Source of the DNA: an uncultured Oscillospiraceae bacterium
GTDB taxonomy: Bacteria > Bacillota > Clostridia > UBA1381 > UBA9506
Direction of reading: 5' to 3'
Assembly (NCBI GenBank): GCA_964500095.1
Contig: CAZCOF010000002.1
Coordinates: 1-36,830, forward strand
DNA: 36,830 bases
This document shows positions 19,201-27,257 of the stretch, piece by piece (within the stretch, counting starts at the first letter, position 1; the number at the start of each line of letters is the position of its first letter). The translations under genes and the position numbers were made by a program. The notes under the pieces are model-generated. The model saw nothing but the letters and a program-made list of their open reading frames with translations, did no database searches and had not been told where the DNA came from.

Positions 19201-19496
19201 TTTACGGCAAGGTATATTCTGCGGGGGATAACTATATGAACATCTTGTCAAGCTGCAGATTGATATGTGCTGACTTTTTGAGCTATAGCGATGGTATTTT
19301 AAATGTTGATGTGGGCAACGGAAGTAAAGAAGTTATTGATTGTGATAATATAACAGGCAGCTTCTATGTATGCAGCGGTAATAAGATGGAAAAGTATGAC
19401 GCGTCGTATATTCCTGCATACGCTGAAGATTCAGTGAAAATGGTGTTATTATCAAAAGGCGGTAATTATAACACAATCATAGCGTACGCAGAATAA
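16254..19496 (+). CDS. S-layer-like protein: N-terminal F5/8 (CBM32-like) domain, SLH domains, long beta-rich C-terminal region
   Basis: ATGA overlap with the upstream gene; signal peptide. 'NVALGKAV...PSKAVDGDEMTIW...VVDLGAVYSLEQV...SEIEAYG'. SLH-like 'LVRREEATKIV...FSDVATDNKYLSYIEACLKAGII...YRPRDFVRGTE'. Ca-binding-like 'DNNKDGTID'. Confidence 0.8.
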   Translation: MKRIISAFLTITLILSSVAFTSIVSAAEENSTGLPNVALGKAVMAPTQYSSSYPPSKAVDGDEMTIWADGSEVIGEKIDGKEKFVVDLGAVYSLEQVIVRSRRDVDAGTYRKGWIIEAALESDFSDTFVIGEKPTAGDFKSDFISDFSEPVIARYILVHTTATYLIISEIEAYGVKYTGEEKVSYEDVKPGNYNAGQMVASLGLIDGVSSTELGADHLVRREEATKIVALTAGLDIQKTETSSFSDVATDNKYLSYIEACLKAGIISKSDTYRPRDFVRGTELLKMLTTAMGYSDVLTKLGSYPANVLELTRKLELTKGVDLVLDDHASKEDILRILYNSLLAPTVDITAFNDGGILYGEGETLLKRAFGLEYLQGIVTENSITGLVSPNKTSSNSVKINNIKYYDEKNAVHELIGQNVYYLADEDNVIAAAWDNKDRQEVYTIFTKDIVLSQSTANSIVVETEDEEEEFTLNNPPYVLKNGVAYDDYTKDSLDVVNGTIKLIDNNKDGTIDVINIFEPKVLVLDYIKDISGRLSAGGINGESIDVSGYRYLSIKRNGKETVLDEIVKGNLVYAYISENGESVILDICRNSATGTVTALTSENIFVDGEEYGFSQYYLQNKDRQEKLVLSMNATFIFNEQNELVWICDVEFAAKPSVLAVTQHYEISYGYENIKLLLYTENSEFLTLEIADRLIMDGTTYSQSNLRTLLENNSGYLIGKLVIYNVNSKDQINKIDTENYNPLYETNSKLVDMNISIAKGNIKATDGIYSGHNMIVPITEDFPMFMIPVNGNSVPYIGKEYEKYYSVSTVEKKFTKGQISFDGSIYFYGTDSSDSPAVAVHRFGIGESTSSIGKISSISANNMVVDSISKVIDSNGDICYGISGFDLNTGNKVKLVTAARIKKVIDSYKIQQAEGDTDVPENKRPTSSWFTTYHLLESVSGLSYYITSIEELKCGDVIRYATSGGETLCLERIYSVEDSNLSDFYGKVYSAGDNYMNILSSCRLICADFLSYSDGILNVDVGNGSKEVIDCDNITGSFYVCSGNKMEKYDASYIPAYAEDSVKMVLLSKGGNYNTIIAYAE

Positions 19497-19536
19497 AGTA
19501 TAAAAATGTTTTTATGAGAACCGTGGAGGAATAAAA

Positions 19537-21708
19537 TTGTCTATAGAATTTAAAAATAACAGATTTCATTTGTATAACGATGAGATAAGTTATGTAATGG
19601 AAATATCACGCCAAAATGATCTTTTGAATCTGCATTATGGCGGAAATGTAAATGCCGATGATTTGGTTTTTCAAAGTAATGTGTTAAGTTCGTTTCACTG
19701 CTATAGTGACGAACAAGATCAGGCGTACTCATTGTCGTTTTTACCACAGGAATATCCTTCCTGTGGTGCTTCCGACTTTCGTTCGCCGGCTTATGAAATA
19801 TTAACCTCAAAAGGTTATCATACACCGGAACTAAAATACGTCAGTCACGAAATTATAAATGGAAAACCAAAACTTTTTGGACTTCCTTCTACTTATGTAG
19901 AAAATGATGATGAGGCACAGACTCTTGTTATAACCGTAGAAGATAAGATACACGAAATACAGGTGAAATTGTATTACACAATTTTTGAAAAATTTAATGC
20001 AATTACAAGACATAGTGAAATAATTAACGTTTCATCAGGTAGTATGTATCTTAAAAATGCACAGAGTGTAAGTGTTGATTTTCCTGCCGGGGAGTATGAA
20101 TATATACATTTAGAGGGAGCGTGGGCAAGAGAAAAGCATATTGACAGAAACGATGTACATAAAGGAATACAAGGTTTTGAATCAAGACGTGGAGCATCGG
20201 GCTCCGTTGAAAATCCGTTTTTGATGTTTTTTGATAAAGGCTCAAACGAAAATTGTGGTAATGTCTATGGAATTTCGCTCGTGTATAGCGGAAATCACAA
20301 ATTTTTACTAGAGCAGGAATTCAATGAAACAGTCAGAATTCAAGCAGGTATAAATCCCTTTGAGTTTAATTTTAAACTCGAAAGCGGAGAGAGCTTTGTA
20401 ACACCGGAAGCTGTTATGGTTTATTCATCAGATGGCTTCGAAAAAATGTCGCACACATTCCATAAATTATACAGAACGCGTCTATGCCGCGGTGTATGGA
20501 GAGACAAAGCAAGACCGATTTTGATTAACAATTGGGAGGGAACATACTTCGATTTCGACAGAGAAAAGCTTTTGAATATTGCTGAAATGGGAGCGAAAAT
20601 CGGGCTTGAACTCTTTGTTTTAGATGACGGATGGTTCGGAAAAAGAAATGACGACACGACTTCTTTAGGCGATTGGTTTGTAAATGAAGAAAAAATAGGA
20701 GGAACACTTAAAAGCTTAGTTGAAGAAATCAATAAAAAGGGTTTGAAATTCGGGCTTTGGTTTGAACCTGAAATGATTTCACCAAGAAGTGAGCTGAATA
20801 AAAAACATCCTGATTGGATGATTAGTGTTCCGGGGGTCAAACCACATCTTGGAAGAAATCAATGTATATTGGATTTGACAAAAGCAGAAGTCAGAGATTA
20901 TATTATCGACAGTATTTCTTCGATACTTGAAAGTGCAAACATTGAATATGTGAAATGGGATATGAACAGAAATATGACAGACATATATTCAGATACGCTG
21001 TCACCGGACAGGCAGGGCGAATTTTATCACAGATATATACTGGGATTGTATGATATATTAGAAAGAATAACCGATAAATTTCCAAATGTTCTTTTTGAAG
21101 GCTGTAGCGGCGGTGGTGGAAGAAACGACCCCGGTATGCTTTACTATATGCCGCAAAATTGGTCGAGTGATGATACGGATGCCACCGAAAGACTGTATAT
21201 TCAATATGGTGGAAGTATGGTGTATCCTGCGTCTTCGGTTGGTTCTCATGTGTCTGCTGTACCAAATCATCAGGTCGGACGAATTAACTCGCTTTCAACA
21301 CGCGGAACCGTTGCTATGAATGGTGCGTTTGGGTATGAGCTTGATTTGTCCTTATCAACACGAGAAGAACTTGAAGAAATGAAAAAACAGGTAGAATTCT
21401 ATAAGGAAAACCGTGAAATTGTTATGACGGGTGATTTCTATAGACTCCTGAATCCTTTTACAAGTCGTCATTCTGCGTGGATGTATGTTTCAAAAGATAC
21501 AAAAAAAGCACTCGTTTATTACGTGGTAAAAACAGCAAGACCATCAAACGAAGCGATATTATTAAAGCTAAAAGGTCTTGATAAAAATGCAGAATATGAA
21601 GTAAACGGAAAAATTTATAGTGCGAAAACCTTGATGAATCATGGTATCTTAATTGATTCAAAAGAAAAAGACGGAGATAATGCCATATTTGTATTAACAA
21701 AAAGATAG
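19537..21708 (+). CDS. Alpha-galactosidase, glycoside hydrolase family 36 (cytoplasmic)
   Basis: TTG start with GGAGG RBS. 'NNWEGTYFDF', 'LFVLDDGWFG', 'GLWFEPEMIS', nucleophile 'YVKWDMNR', 'CSGGGGRND', acid/base 'WSSDDTDA'. No signal peptide. Confidence 0.95.
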   Translation: MSIEFKNNRFHLYNDEISYVMEISRQNDLLNLHYGGNVNADDLVFQSNVLSSFHCYSDEQDQAYSLSFLPQEYPSCGASDFRSPAYEILTSKGYHTPELKYVSHEIINGKPKLFGLPSTYVENDDEAQTLVITVEDKIHEIQVKLYYTIFEKFNAITRHSEIINVSSGSMYLKNAQSVSVDFPAGEYEYIHLEGAWAREKHIDRNDVHKGIQGFESRRGASGSVENPFLMFFDKGSNENCGNVYGISLVYSGNHKFLLEQEFNETVRIQAGINPFEFNFKLESGESFVTPEAVMVYSSDGFEKMSHTFHKLYRTRLCRGVWRDKARPILINNWEGTYFDFDREKLLNIAEMGAKIGLELFVLDDGWFGKRNDDTTSLGDWFVNEEKIGGTLKSLVEEINKKGLKFGLWFEPEMISPRSELNKKHPDWMISVPGVKPHLGRNQCILDLTKAEVRDYIIDSISSILESANIEYVKWDMNRNMTDIYSDTLSPDRQGEFYHRYILGLYDILERITDKFPNVLFEGCSGGGGRNDPGMLYYMPQNWSSDDTDATERLYIQYGGSMVYPASSVGSHVSAVPNHQVGRINSLSTRGTVAMNGAFGYELDLSLSTREELEEMKKQVEFYKENREIVMTGDFYRLLNPFTSRHSAWMYVSKDTKKALVYYVVKTARPSNEAILLKLKGLDKNAEYEVNGKIYSAKTLMNHGILIDSKEKDGDNAIFVLTKR

Positions 21709-21714
21709 GCTTGT

Positions 21715-21805
21715 TACTTATATGCACTTTGGAAATTCATCCTTGAAAACTTTAATAGTACTTCTACTCCTTAACATTCTAAGGTGCATATAAGTACTTT
21801 TGTTA
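21715..21805 (+). terminator. 20-bp inverted repeat with 42-nt loop after the GH36 gene (terminator-like or 3'-UTR RNA structure)
   Basis: TACTTATATGCACTTTGGAA (21715-21734) / TTCTAAGGTGCATATAAGTA (21777-21796); both mismatches are G-U on +. Followed by CTTTTGTTATT. Confidence 0.55.
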
Positions 21806-21870
21806 TTGTGCTAAAAACATAGAAATTTTCCATAAAACATTGAAAATATCTATCTAAATTTAAAAAGATA

Positions 21871-21899
21871 TTGACATTGATTTCTATAAAATATAAGAT
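21871..21899 (+). promoter_or_regulatory. Sigma-A promoter for the solute-binding protein gene
   Basis: TTGACA (21871-21876), 17 nt spacer, TAAGAT (21894-21899). Confidence 0.75.
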
Positions 21900-21957
21900 A
21901 AAAATACCTATTAAAATGCAAAGCATTTTAACATAAAAAATTAAAGGAGGAAATTTT

Positions 21958-23580
21958 ATGAAAACGAAAAAAATCTTAAGCATAGCTTTAGCTTTGGTTT
22001 TAGCTATTGGTATGCTTGCCGGTTGTGCGGGTGGTAACGGTGCACAAAAAGTTGATATTTCAGCATTTGAAGACACTGATGAAAAGCTTGCTCTTACCTG
22101 GCTTGGTTATCCGGGACTTGCAGGATGTGAGGAAGGAAAGCCTTCTGAATTGTTGTTAGAAGAAAAATTCAATGTAGACATCACACCTATTTTTGCTGAA
22201 TACAATGGGTACAGCGACAAAAAGAGTGCTCTTTTGCAGGCGGGCGACATTCCTGATTTAATTTACGAAATGGACCCGATGTATCACTTTGCTGATGCAA
22301 GAGACGAATTCTTGTTAGAAGTTCCGTATGAAGCTATTCAAAAATACGCTCCGACACTTTATGCTGAAATCACAGAAAAAGCTCCTGCAGCTTGGGCTTA
22401 TTCGTATTACGAAGGCAAGAACTACGGTATGCCTAACTTAAACTGGTCACACGTAGAAAATACAGTTTCAGGCTATAGAGGCGACTGGTTGGAAAAGGTT
22501 GGTATGGAAGCTCCCAATACTTTAGATGAACTCCACGATGTATTATATGCTTTCGTACACGACGACCCTGATGGCAATGGTAAAGATGACACATTCGGTT
22601 ATGTGCCGCCTTCATCATACTACCATTTCTACTTTACAGAATTCTTCGGTGCTTATGGATTACTTCCGTTTGACTGGCAGGAAGTTGATGGCGAAATCGT
22701 ATATGGTGGCTTAAGACCTGAAAATGAAGAAGTTTTACAGCTCTTAGCAGATTGGTATAAAGAAGGAATCATATATCCTGCTTTTGTTGAATTAGACCAG
22801 AACCAGGATGCTTTATTTAAAGCAGGAAAAACCGGTTACAAGGGTCAGATTGGATATCAGGATCCCACCAATCCTTCTTCTATATTATCAGCAACAAAAC
22901 AAGTAAGCCCCGGTGCTACAGTAGTATATAACAACGTAGTTACAGGTCCTGACGGCAAAGCGGGTTATCGTGGTTGGGGATATCCTGCTCATACAGTAGG
23001 CTTTGGTGATAATGGCGAGGATTCAGCTAAAAAAGCTACAAGAATCCTTAAAATGTTAGAAGGTATGTATACAGATGATGAGCTTATCAAAGAAGTAAGA
23101 ATGGGTAAAGAAGGCGAAACCTACACTTTAGCAAGCAAGGATACACAGTCGCCATTTATCTATGAAGCTACAACAAATTATGCTGATTCAGCACAGAAAA
23201 GACTTAATGGTTATGAATTTAATATGTCCGGCGCTACATTCTGGTCACCGATTGCTCCTTCTGAAAGCTTCTATGAATCTATGAAATCTGATGCATACAA
23301 GGCATTGCAGAACAAGTTTGCAGAACCTAATGTAATGATAACAGACGCATTCTATAAGGTTGACATCGTTCCTTCTGCTCCTACATATTTAACAGATATC
23401 CACAATGCACAGCAGGCATTGATGGCACAGGTAATCAAGGGCGAAAAACCTGCAGACCAATATGTTGAAGAATTCACAAAGATTTGGGAAGCATCAGGCG
23501 GTCCGCAGTTGATGAGCGAAGCAAAGCAGCAAGCTGAAATTGTAGAAGAAATCTACAAAAAAGTTGGCGTGAATAAATAA
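21958..23580 (+). CDS. ABC-type carbohydrate solute-binding lipoprotein (SBP family 1, LplA-like)
   Basis: AAAGGAGG RBS; lipobox LAGC; 'AGDIPDLI', 'GKNYGMP', 'YRGDWLEKVGMEAPNTLDELHDVLYAF..DPDGNGKDDT', 'WYKEGII'. Confidence 0.92.
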   Translation: MKTKKILSIALALVLAIGMLAGCAGGNGAQKVDISAFEDTDEKLALTWLGYPGLAGCEEGKPSELLLEEKFNVDITPIFAEYNGYSDKKSALLQAGDIPDLIYEMDPMYHFADARDEFLLEVPYEAIQKYAPTLYAEITEKAPAAWAYSYYEGKNYGMPNLNWSHVENTVSGYRGDWLEKVGMEAPNTLDELHDVLYAFVHDDPDGNGKDDTFGYVPPSSYYHFYFTEFFGAYGLLPFDWQEVDGEIVYGGLRPENEEVLQLLADWYKEGIIYPAFVELDQNQDALFKAGKTGYKGQIGYQDPTNPSSILSATKQVSPGATVVYNNVVTGPDGKAGYRGWGYPAHTVGFGDNGEDSAKKATRILKMLEGMYTDDELIKEVRMGKEGETYTLASKDTQSPFIYEATTNYADSAQKRLNGYEFNMSGATFWSPIAPSESFYESMKSDAYKALQNKFAEPNVMITDAFYKVDIVPSAPTYLTDIHNAQQALMAQVIKGEKPADQYVEEFTKIWEASGGPQLMSEAKQQAEIVEEIYKKVGVNK

Positions 23581-23600
23581 GAAATTCTTATAAAAACTGT

Positions 23601-23638
23601 GAATGAGTTCGGTATTGTACCGGACTCGTTCTTTTTTT
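23601..23638 (+). terminator. Intrinsic terminator after the SBP gene
   Basis: GAATGAGTTCGGTA-TTG-TACCGGACTCGTTC followed by T7. Confidence 0.9.
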
Positions 23639-23684
23639 AAAGTGTTACAAAAGTGAACAGTTTTAATAATTTAACGCGATTTGA

Positions 23685-23713
23685 TTGAAATTTATTTTCG
23701 AATGTGTTATTAT
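23685..23713 (+). promoter_or_regulatory. Sigma-A promoter for galK
   Basis: TTGAAA (23685-23690), 17 nt spacer, TATTAT (23708-23713) preceded by TGn; an overlapping TATAAT lies at 23711-23716. Confidence 0.6.
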
Positions 23714-23757
23714 AATAAAGTATAATTAAAAATATTTTTGTTGTGGGGGAAATTACT

Positions 23758-24944
23758 GTGACGATTGGTGAAATCAAGAAAATGTTCGTAGAAACTTACG
23801 GTGGCGATGAGTCAGAGCTTCGCGTTTTTGAATCGCCGGGAAGAGTAAATCTTATAGGCGAACATATAGATTATTGCGGCGGCTGTGTTATGCCGGCAGC
23901 ACTCGATATGAAAACGACGATTGCAGCAAGAAAGCGGAACGACAATGTTATTCGCTTAAAGGCAACTGATTTGGATATAATGGTCGAAACAACGATAGAA
24001 AAAATGTATGAGTTAAAAGGTAAACTCAAATGGGGAGATTACCAGATAGGTGTTGCATTAGAGTTACTGGGTGCGGGATATACAATCTGTGGATGTGATT
24101 TATTATATGACGATACTGTTCCGCACGGCGGTGGACTTTCGTCATCAGCTGCTATAGAAGTATCAACTGCTTTGATGTTTGCCACGTTTTCGAATGAAGC
24201 CAGGGGCATAAAAAAAGACATTGATATGATTGAAATGGCACAGCTTTCTCAAAAAGCAGAATGGAATTTCATAGGTGTAAAATGCGGAATAATGGACCAG
24301 TTTGCATCTGCTATGGGAAAAGAAAACCACGCAATTTACTTAAACTGCGACACACTGCAATATGAATATATACCGCTCGAACTCTCAGGCTGCAAGCTTG
24401 TACTTACAAATACCAATGTAAAACATTCTTTAGGTAGCTCAAAATATAACGAAAGACGTGCTGAATGTGAAGAAGGTCTTTCAATACTAAAAAAAGTATT
24501 GCCCGGAATATCAGAGCTTTCCAATGTTACCCCAAAGAGTTCCAAGAGTATAAGGATATACTAAAAGATGAAACACTCAAAAAGCGTATTAAACATATTG
24601 TATATGAATGTGACAGAGTTAAAGAAAGTGCAAAAGCACTAAAGGCGGGCGATATAGCAGCTTTTGGCAAATATATGCTGCAGTCACACGAATCGCTTAA
24701 AAATGATTATGAGGTTTCATGCAACGAGCTTGATTTTATAGTTGATACAGCTAAAAATCTTGGCGGTGTTTTAGGCATCAGAATGACAGGCGGTGGATTT
24801 GGCGGATGTACGGTTGCGATTGTAAAAGATGAAGCTGTTGATAATTTTATTGAAACAATAGATGCGGCTTACGAGAAACAATTCGGACATCCTGCATCAT
24901 TTTATGTAACTAATACAGGAAACGGCGGAAAAGAAGTAATCTAA
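23758..24944 (+). pseudogene. galK: Galactokinase split by a -1 frameshift at ~24531-24537 (pseudogene, sequencing indel or programmed frameshift)
   Basis: 'PGRVNLIGEHIDY', 'GGGLSSSAA', 'CGIMDQF', 'YNERRAEC' in frame 1. The -1 frame continues KEFQEYKDILKDETLKKRIKHIVYECDRV...SHESLKNDYEVS...'RMTGGGFGGC' to the stop at 24944. Likely GTG start at 23758 after GGGGGA. Confidence 0.9.
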
Positions 24945-24965
24945 GTGTATCAAAGGGAGAGAATG

Positions 24966-27257
24966 ATGAAAAAAATAATTTCTTTATTGGCAATAGCGTT
25001 TTTATTTACAACGACAGTATTTGCATCCCCTGTAATTGAACAGACCCAAGAGTATACGCTGATTCGTGGCGTGGAGTATAAAAATATAAAAGGTCTTTAT
25101 GAATCCGGCTGGCAGGATGTTCACATAGTTACTGCAGATTTATCAGAAGACCATTTAAGCCTTGAAATTCTAAAGAACAAAAACGGCGAAAGTTATTTGG
25201 AAAGGACAACTCTATCTGCTGAAAATAACGATACAGTTGTAGCGGTAAATGCTGATTTTTTTGCGGCTAAAAAAGGTGAAGCAGGCAGAGGAAGTGCAGT
25301 AGGTGTTGAAATCCGTGACGGAAAGCTTTATTCATCGGCATCAGTGCAGGAATCTATGAACACGCTTTATAAGACATTTGCTGAAACAGGTTTTAATATA
25401 GATTCGTTTGTTTTTGATATAACATTAACAGCAGCTAACGGATTGCAGGATAAAATCAAGCTTATAAACAAATATGACGATTTAACGGGCATAGTTATGT
25501 ACACATCCGACTGGAATGATACTTCTGTCGGCTCAATAGGCGGCATAATCGAGATTGCCGTTGATAAAGACGGCAAAGTTTTAGAAAAGGTAACAGAATC
25601 AGAAGCCTTAAAAATTCCCGAAGACGGTTATGTTTTATCCGCTCATATGTCTTATAACACATTTTTGCTGGATAACGTAAATGTTGGCGATAAAATCGAA
25701 ATTGACATTAAATCAACTCCTGATTACAACAAAATTGAAACAGCAGTAGGCGGCGGCGGAGTTTTGGTACGTGATGGTGTAGCGATGACAGAATTTTCTC
25801 ACAATGTCAGCGGTAAAAACCCGAGAACGGCAATAGGTCTTGATAAAACGGGAACAAAAATGACCTTTGTTGTCTTAGACGGCAGACGAACTGATGCACG
25901 TGGTATGACGCAAACTGAGCTTGCAGAATTAATGGTTGAATTAGGCTGCTATACAGCTTTAAATTTTGACGGTGGCGGTTCATCTGTTATGGTTGTTGAT
26001 GAATTTTCGCAAAAAAAGGTAGTAAACACTCCGTCAGACGGAGCTGTAAGAAATGTCACAAATTCTATTGGTATTACATCGACTTTAAAGGGTAACGCAC
26101 CTTTAAAAGAAATTGTTATAAAAGCACCAAAAAACGCATTTTCAGGATTTAAAACGCATATTGAAGCTTATGGTATAGATGAGTATGAAAGACGTGTTGA
26201 ATTAGACGGAAAAATTACATACAAAACCGATAACGGAAAAATTTCAAATGGTGTTTTGGTTCCTGAGAAATCCGGCACGGCAACTATTACAGTAACATCA
26301 GGTGAAAAATCAGCGCAGGCAAAAATATCCGTTTTAGATGCACCGCACGAAATCAAGTTTACTTCTGATAAGTATGAAATAAAGTCGGGAAGCACAATAA
26401 CGCCTGAACTTTTGGCTTATGACGAAAACGGAAAAACGGCAAGCATTGATTTGTCGGATGTGGAATTAACATCATCAAATGAGTACGTTAAAGTAAACGA
26501 TGCTAAGGTAGTGGCAGTATCAAAGGGAGCTTGCCACATTACGGCAAAAATTGGCGAAATTACGGCTAATGCTCAGGTTTTGGTAGATGGAGCAGAAAGT
26601 ATCGGCACGATAAATAACATAAAAATTGCTGACGCTAAAAATAAATCATCTAATGTATCAGATGGTGGATACCGCTTTTCTGTATTTGGAAATACCAAGA
26701 ACAACGAAACATTATTTGATATGTTTGTTATGAACAACGCAACTATAAAGATGAAAAATACAAGCGACTTTCAGTTTTTCTTGGGCGGGGGAGTAAATAC
26801 CGAAACACTTTTTCACGTTGACGGAACGTATCACACGGCAAAAGAGTATAGCTGTATAAATAAAAACGGAGATACATTTATCACATTGCCGAACGCAACA
26901 AGCTATATTTATAATGATGACACTTCTGTATGGACACGTTTTCAAAATGATGTAAAAAACTCAGGCAGAAATTTATTTATATTTATTGACAGAAACTTTA
27001 TCTCGCAAAACGATGTTGAAGTTTTGATGTTTAAACAGCTTTTAGAAGATACGGCAAAGGAAAAAACAGTTTATGTTTTCGGCGGTGGGTTTACCAACGG
27101 TTACGGCATTGAAAACGGCGTTCGTTACGTAAATACAGCGGGATTTTTTGAAAGCGTTACGTTAGAAGGAACGAGCCTTGACTACGTAAAATATCTTTTG
27201 GTAACAGTAAATGGTACTGATGTTACCTATGAGTATTTGCAGGCGGTGGAACGATGA
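24966..27257 (+). CDS. Secreted phosphodiester glycosidase family (NAGPA/DUF2233) protein with Ig-like domains and a degenerate C-terminal metallophosphoesterase-like domain
   Basis: AGGGAG RBS; signal peptide; 'AVNADFF', 'NPRTAIG', 'VVLDGR', 'ALNFDGGGSS', 'VNTPSDGAVRNVTNSI'. Start may be 24963. Confidence 0.88.
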   Translation: MKKIISLLAIAFLFTTTVFASPVIEQTQEYTLIRGVEYKNIKGLYESGWQDVHIVTADLSEDHLSLEILKNKNGESYLERTTLSAENNDTVVAVNADFFAAKKGEAGRGSAVGVEIRDGKLYSSASVQESMNTLYKTFAETGFNIDSFVFDITLTAANGLQDKIKLINKYDDLTGIVMYTSDWNDTSVGSIGGIIEIAVDKDGKVLEKVTESEALKIPEDGYVLSAHMSYNTFLLDNVNVGDKIEIDIKSTPDYNKIETAVGGGGVLVRDGVAMTEFSHNVSGKNPRTAIGLDKTGTKMTFVVLDGRRTDARGMTQTELAELMVELGCYTALNFDGGGSSVMVVDEFSQKKVVNTPSDGAVRNVTNSIGITSTLKGNAPLKEIVIKAPKNAFSGFKTHIEAYGIDEYERRVELDGKITYKTDNGKISNGVLVPEKSGTATITVTSGEKSAQAKISVLDAPHEIKFTSDKYEIKSGSTITPELLAYDENGKTASIDLSDVELTSSNEYVKVNDAKVVAVSKGACHITAKIGEITANAQVLVDGAESIGTINNIKIADAKNKSSNVSDGGYRFSVFGNTKNNETLFDMFVMNNATIKMKNTSDFQFFLGGGVNTETLFHVDGTYHTAKEYSCINKNGDTFITLPNATSYIYNDDTSVWTRFQNDVKNSGRNLFIFIDRNFISQNDVEVLMFKQLLEDTAKEKTVYVFGGGFTNGYGIENGVRYVNTAGFFESVTLEGTSLDYVKYLLVTVNGTDVTYEYLQAVER

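Noticed and set aside
21771..22076. 101-aa minus-strand hydrophobic ORF
   Set aside because: Overlaps the SBP promoter and signal peptide; low-complexity AT-rich translation with no RBS seen.
24675..24944. 89-aa ORF as an independent gene
   Set aside because: It is the GHMP C-terminal part of galK; its frame is open back to the frameshift site.
2433..27257. Accessory locus as a mobile element or prophage
   Set aside because: No integrase, transposase, tRNA target, phage genes or flanking direct repeats were seen.
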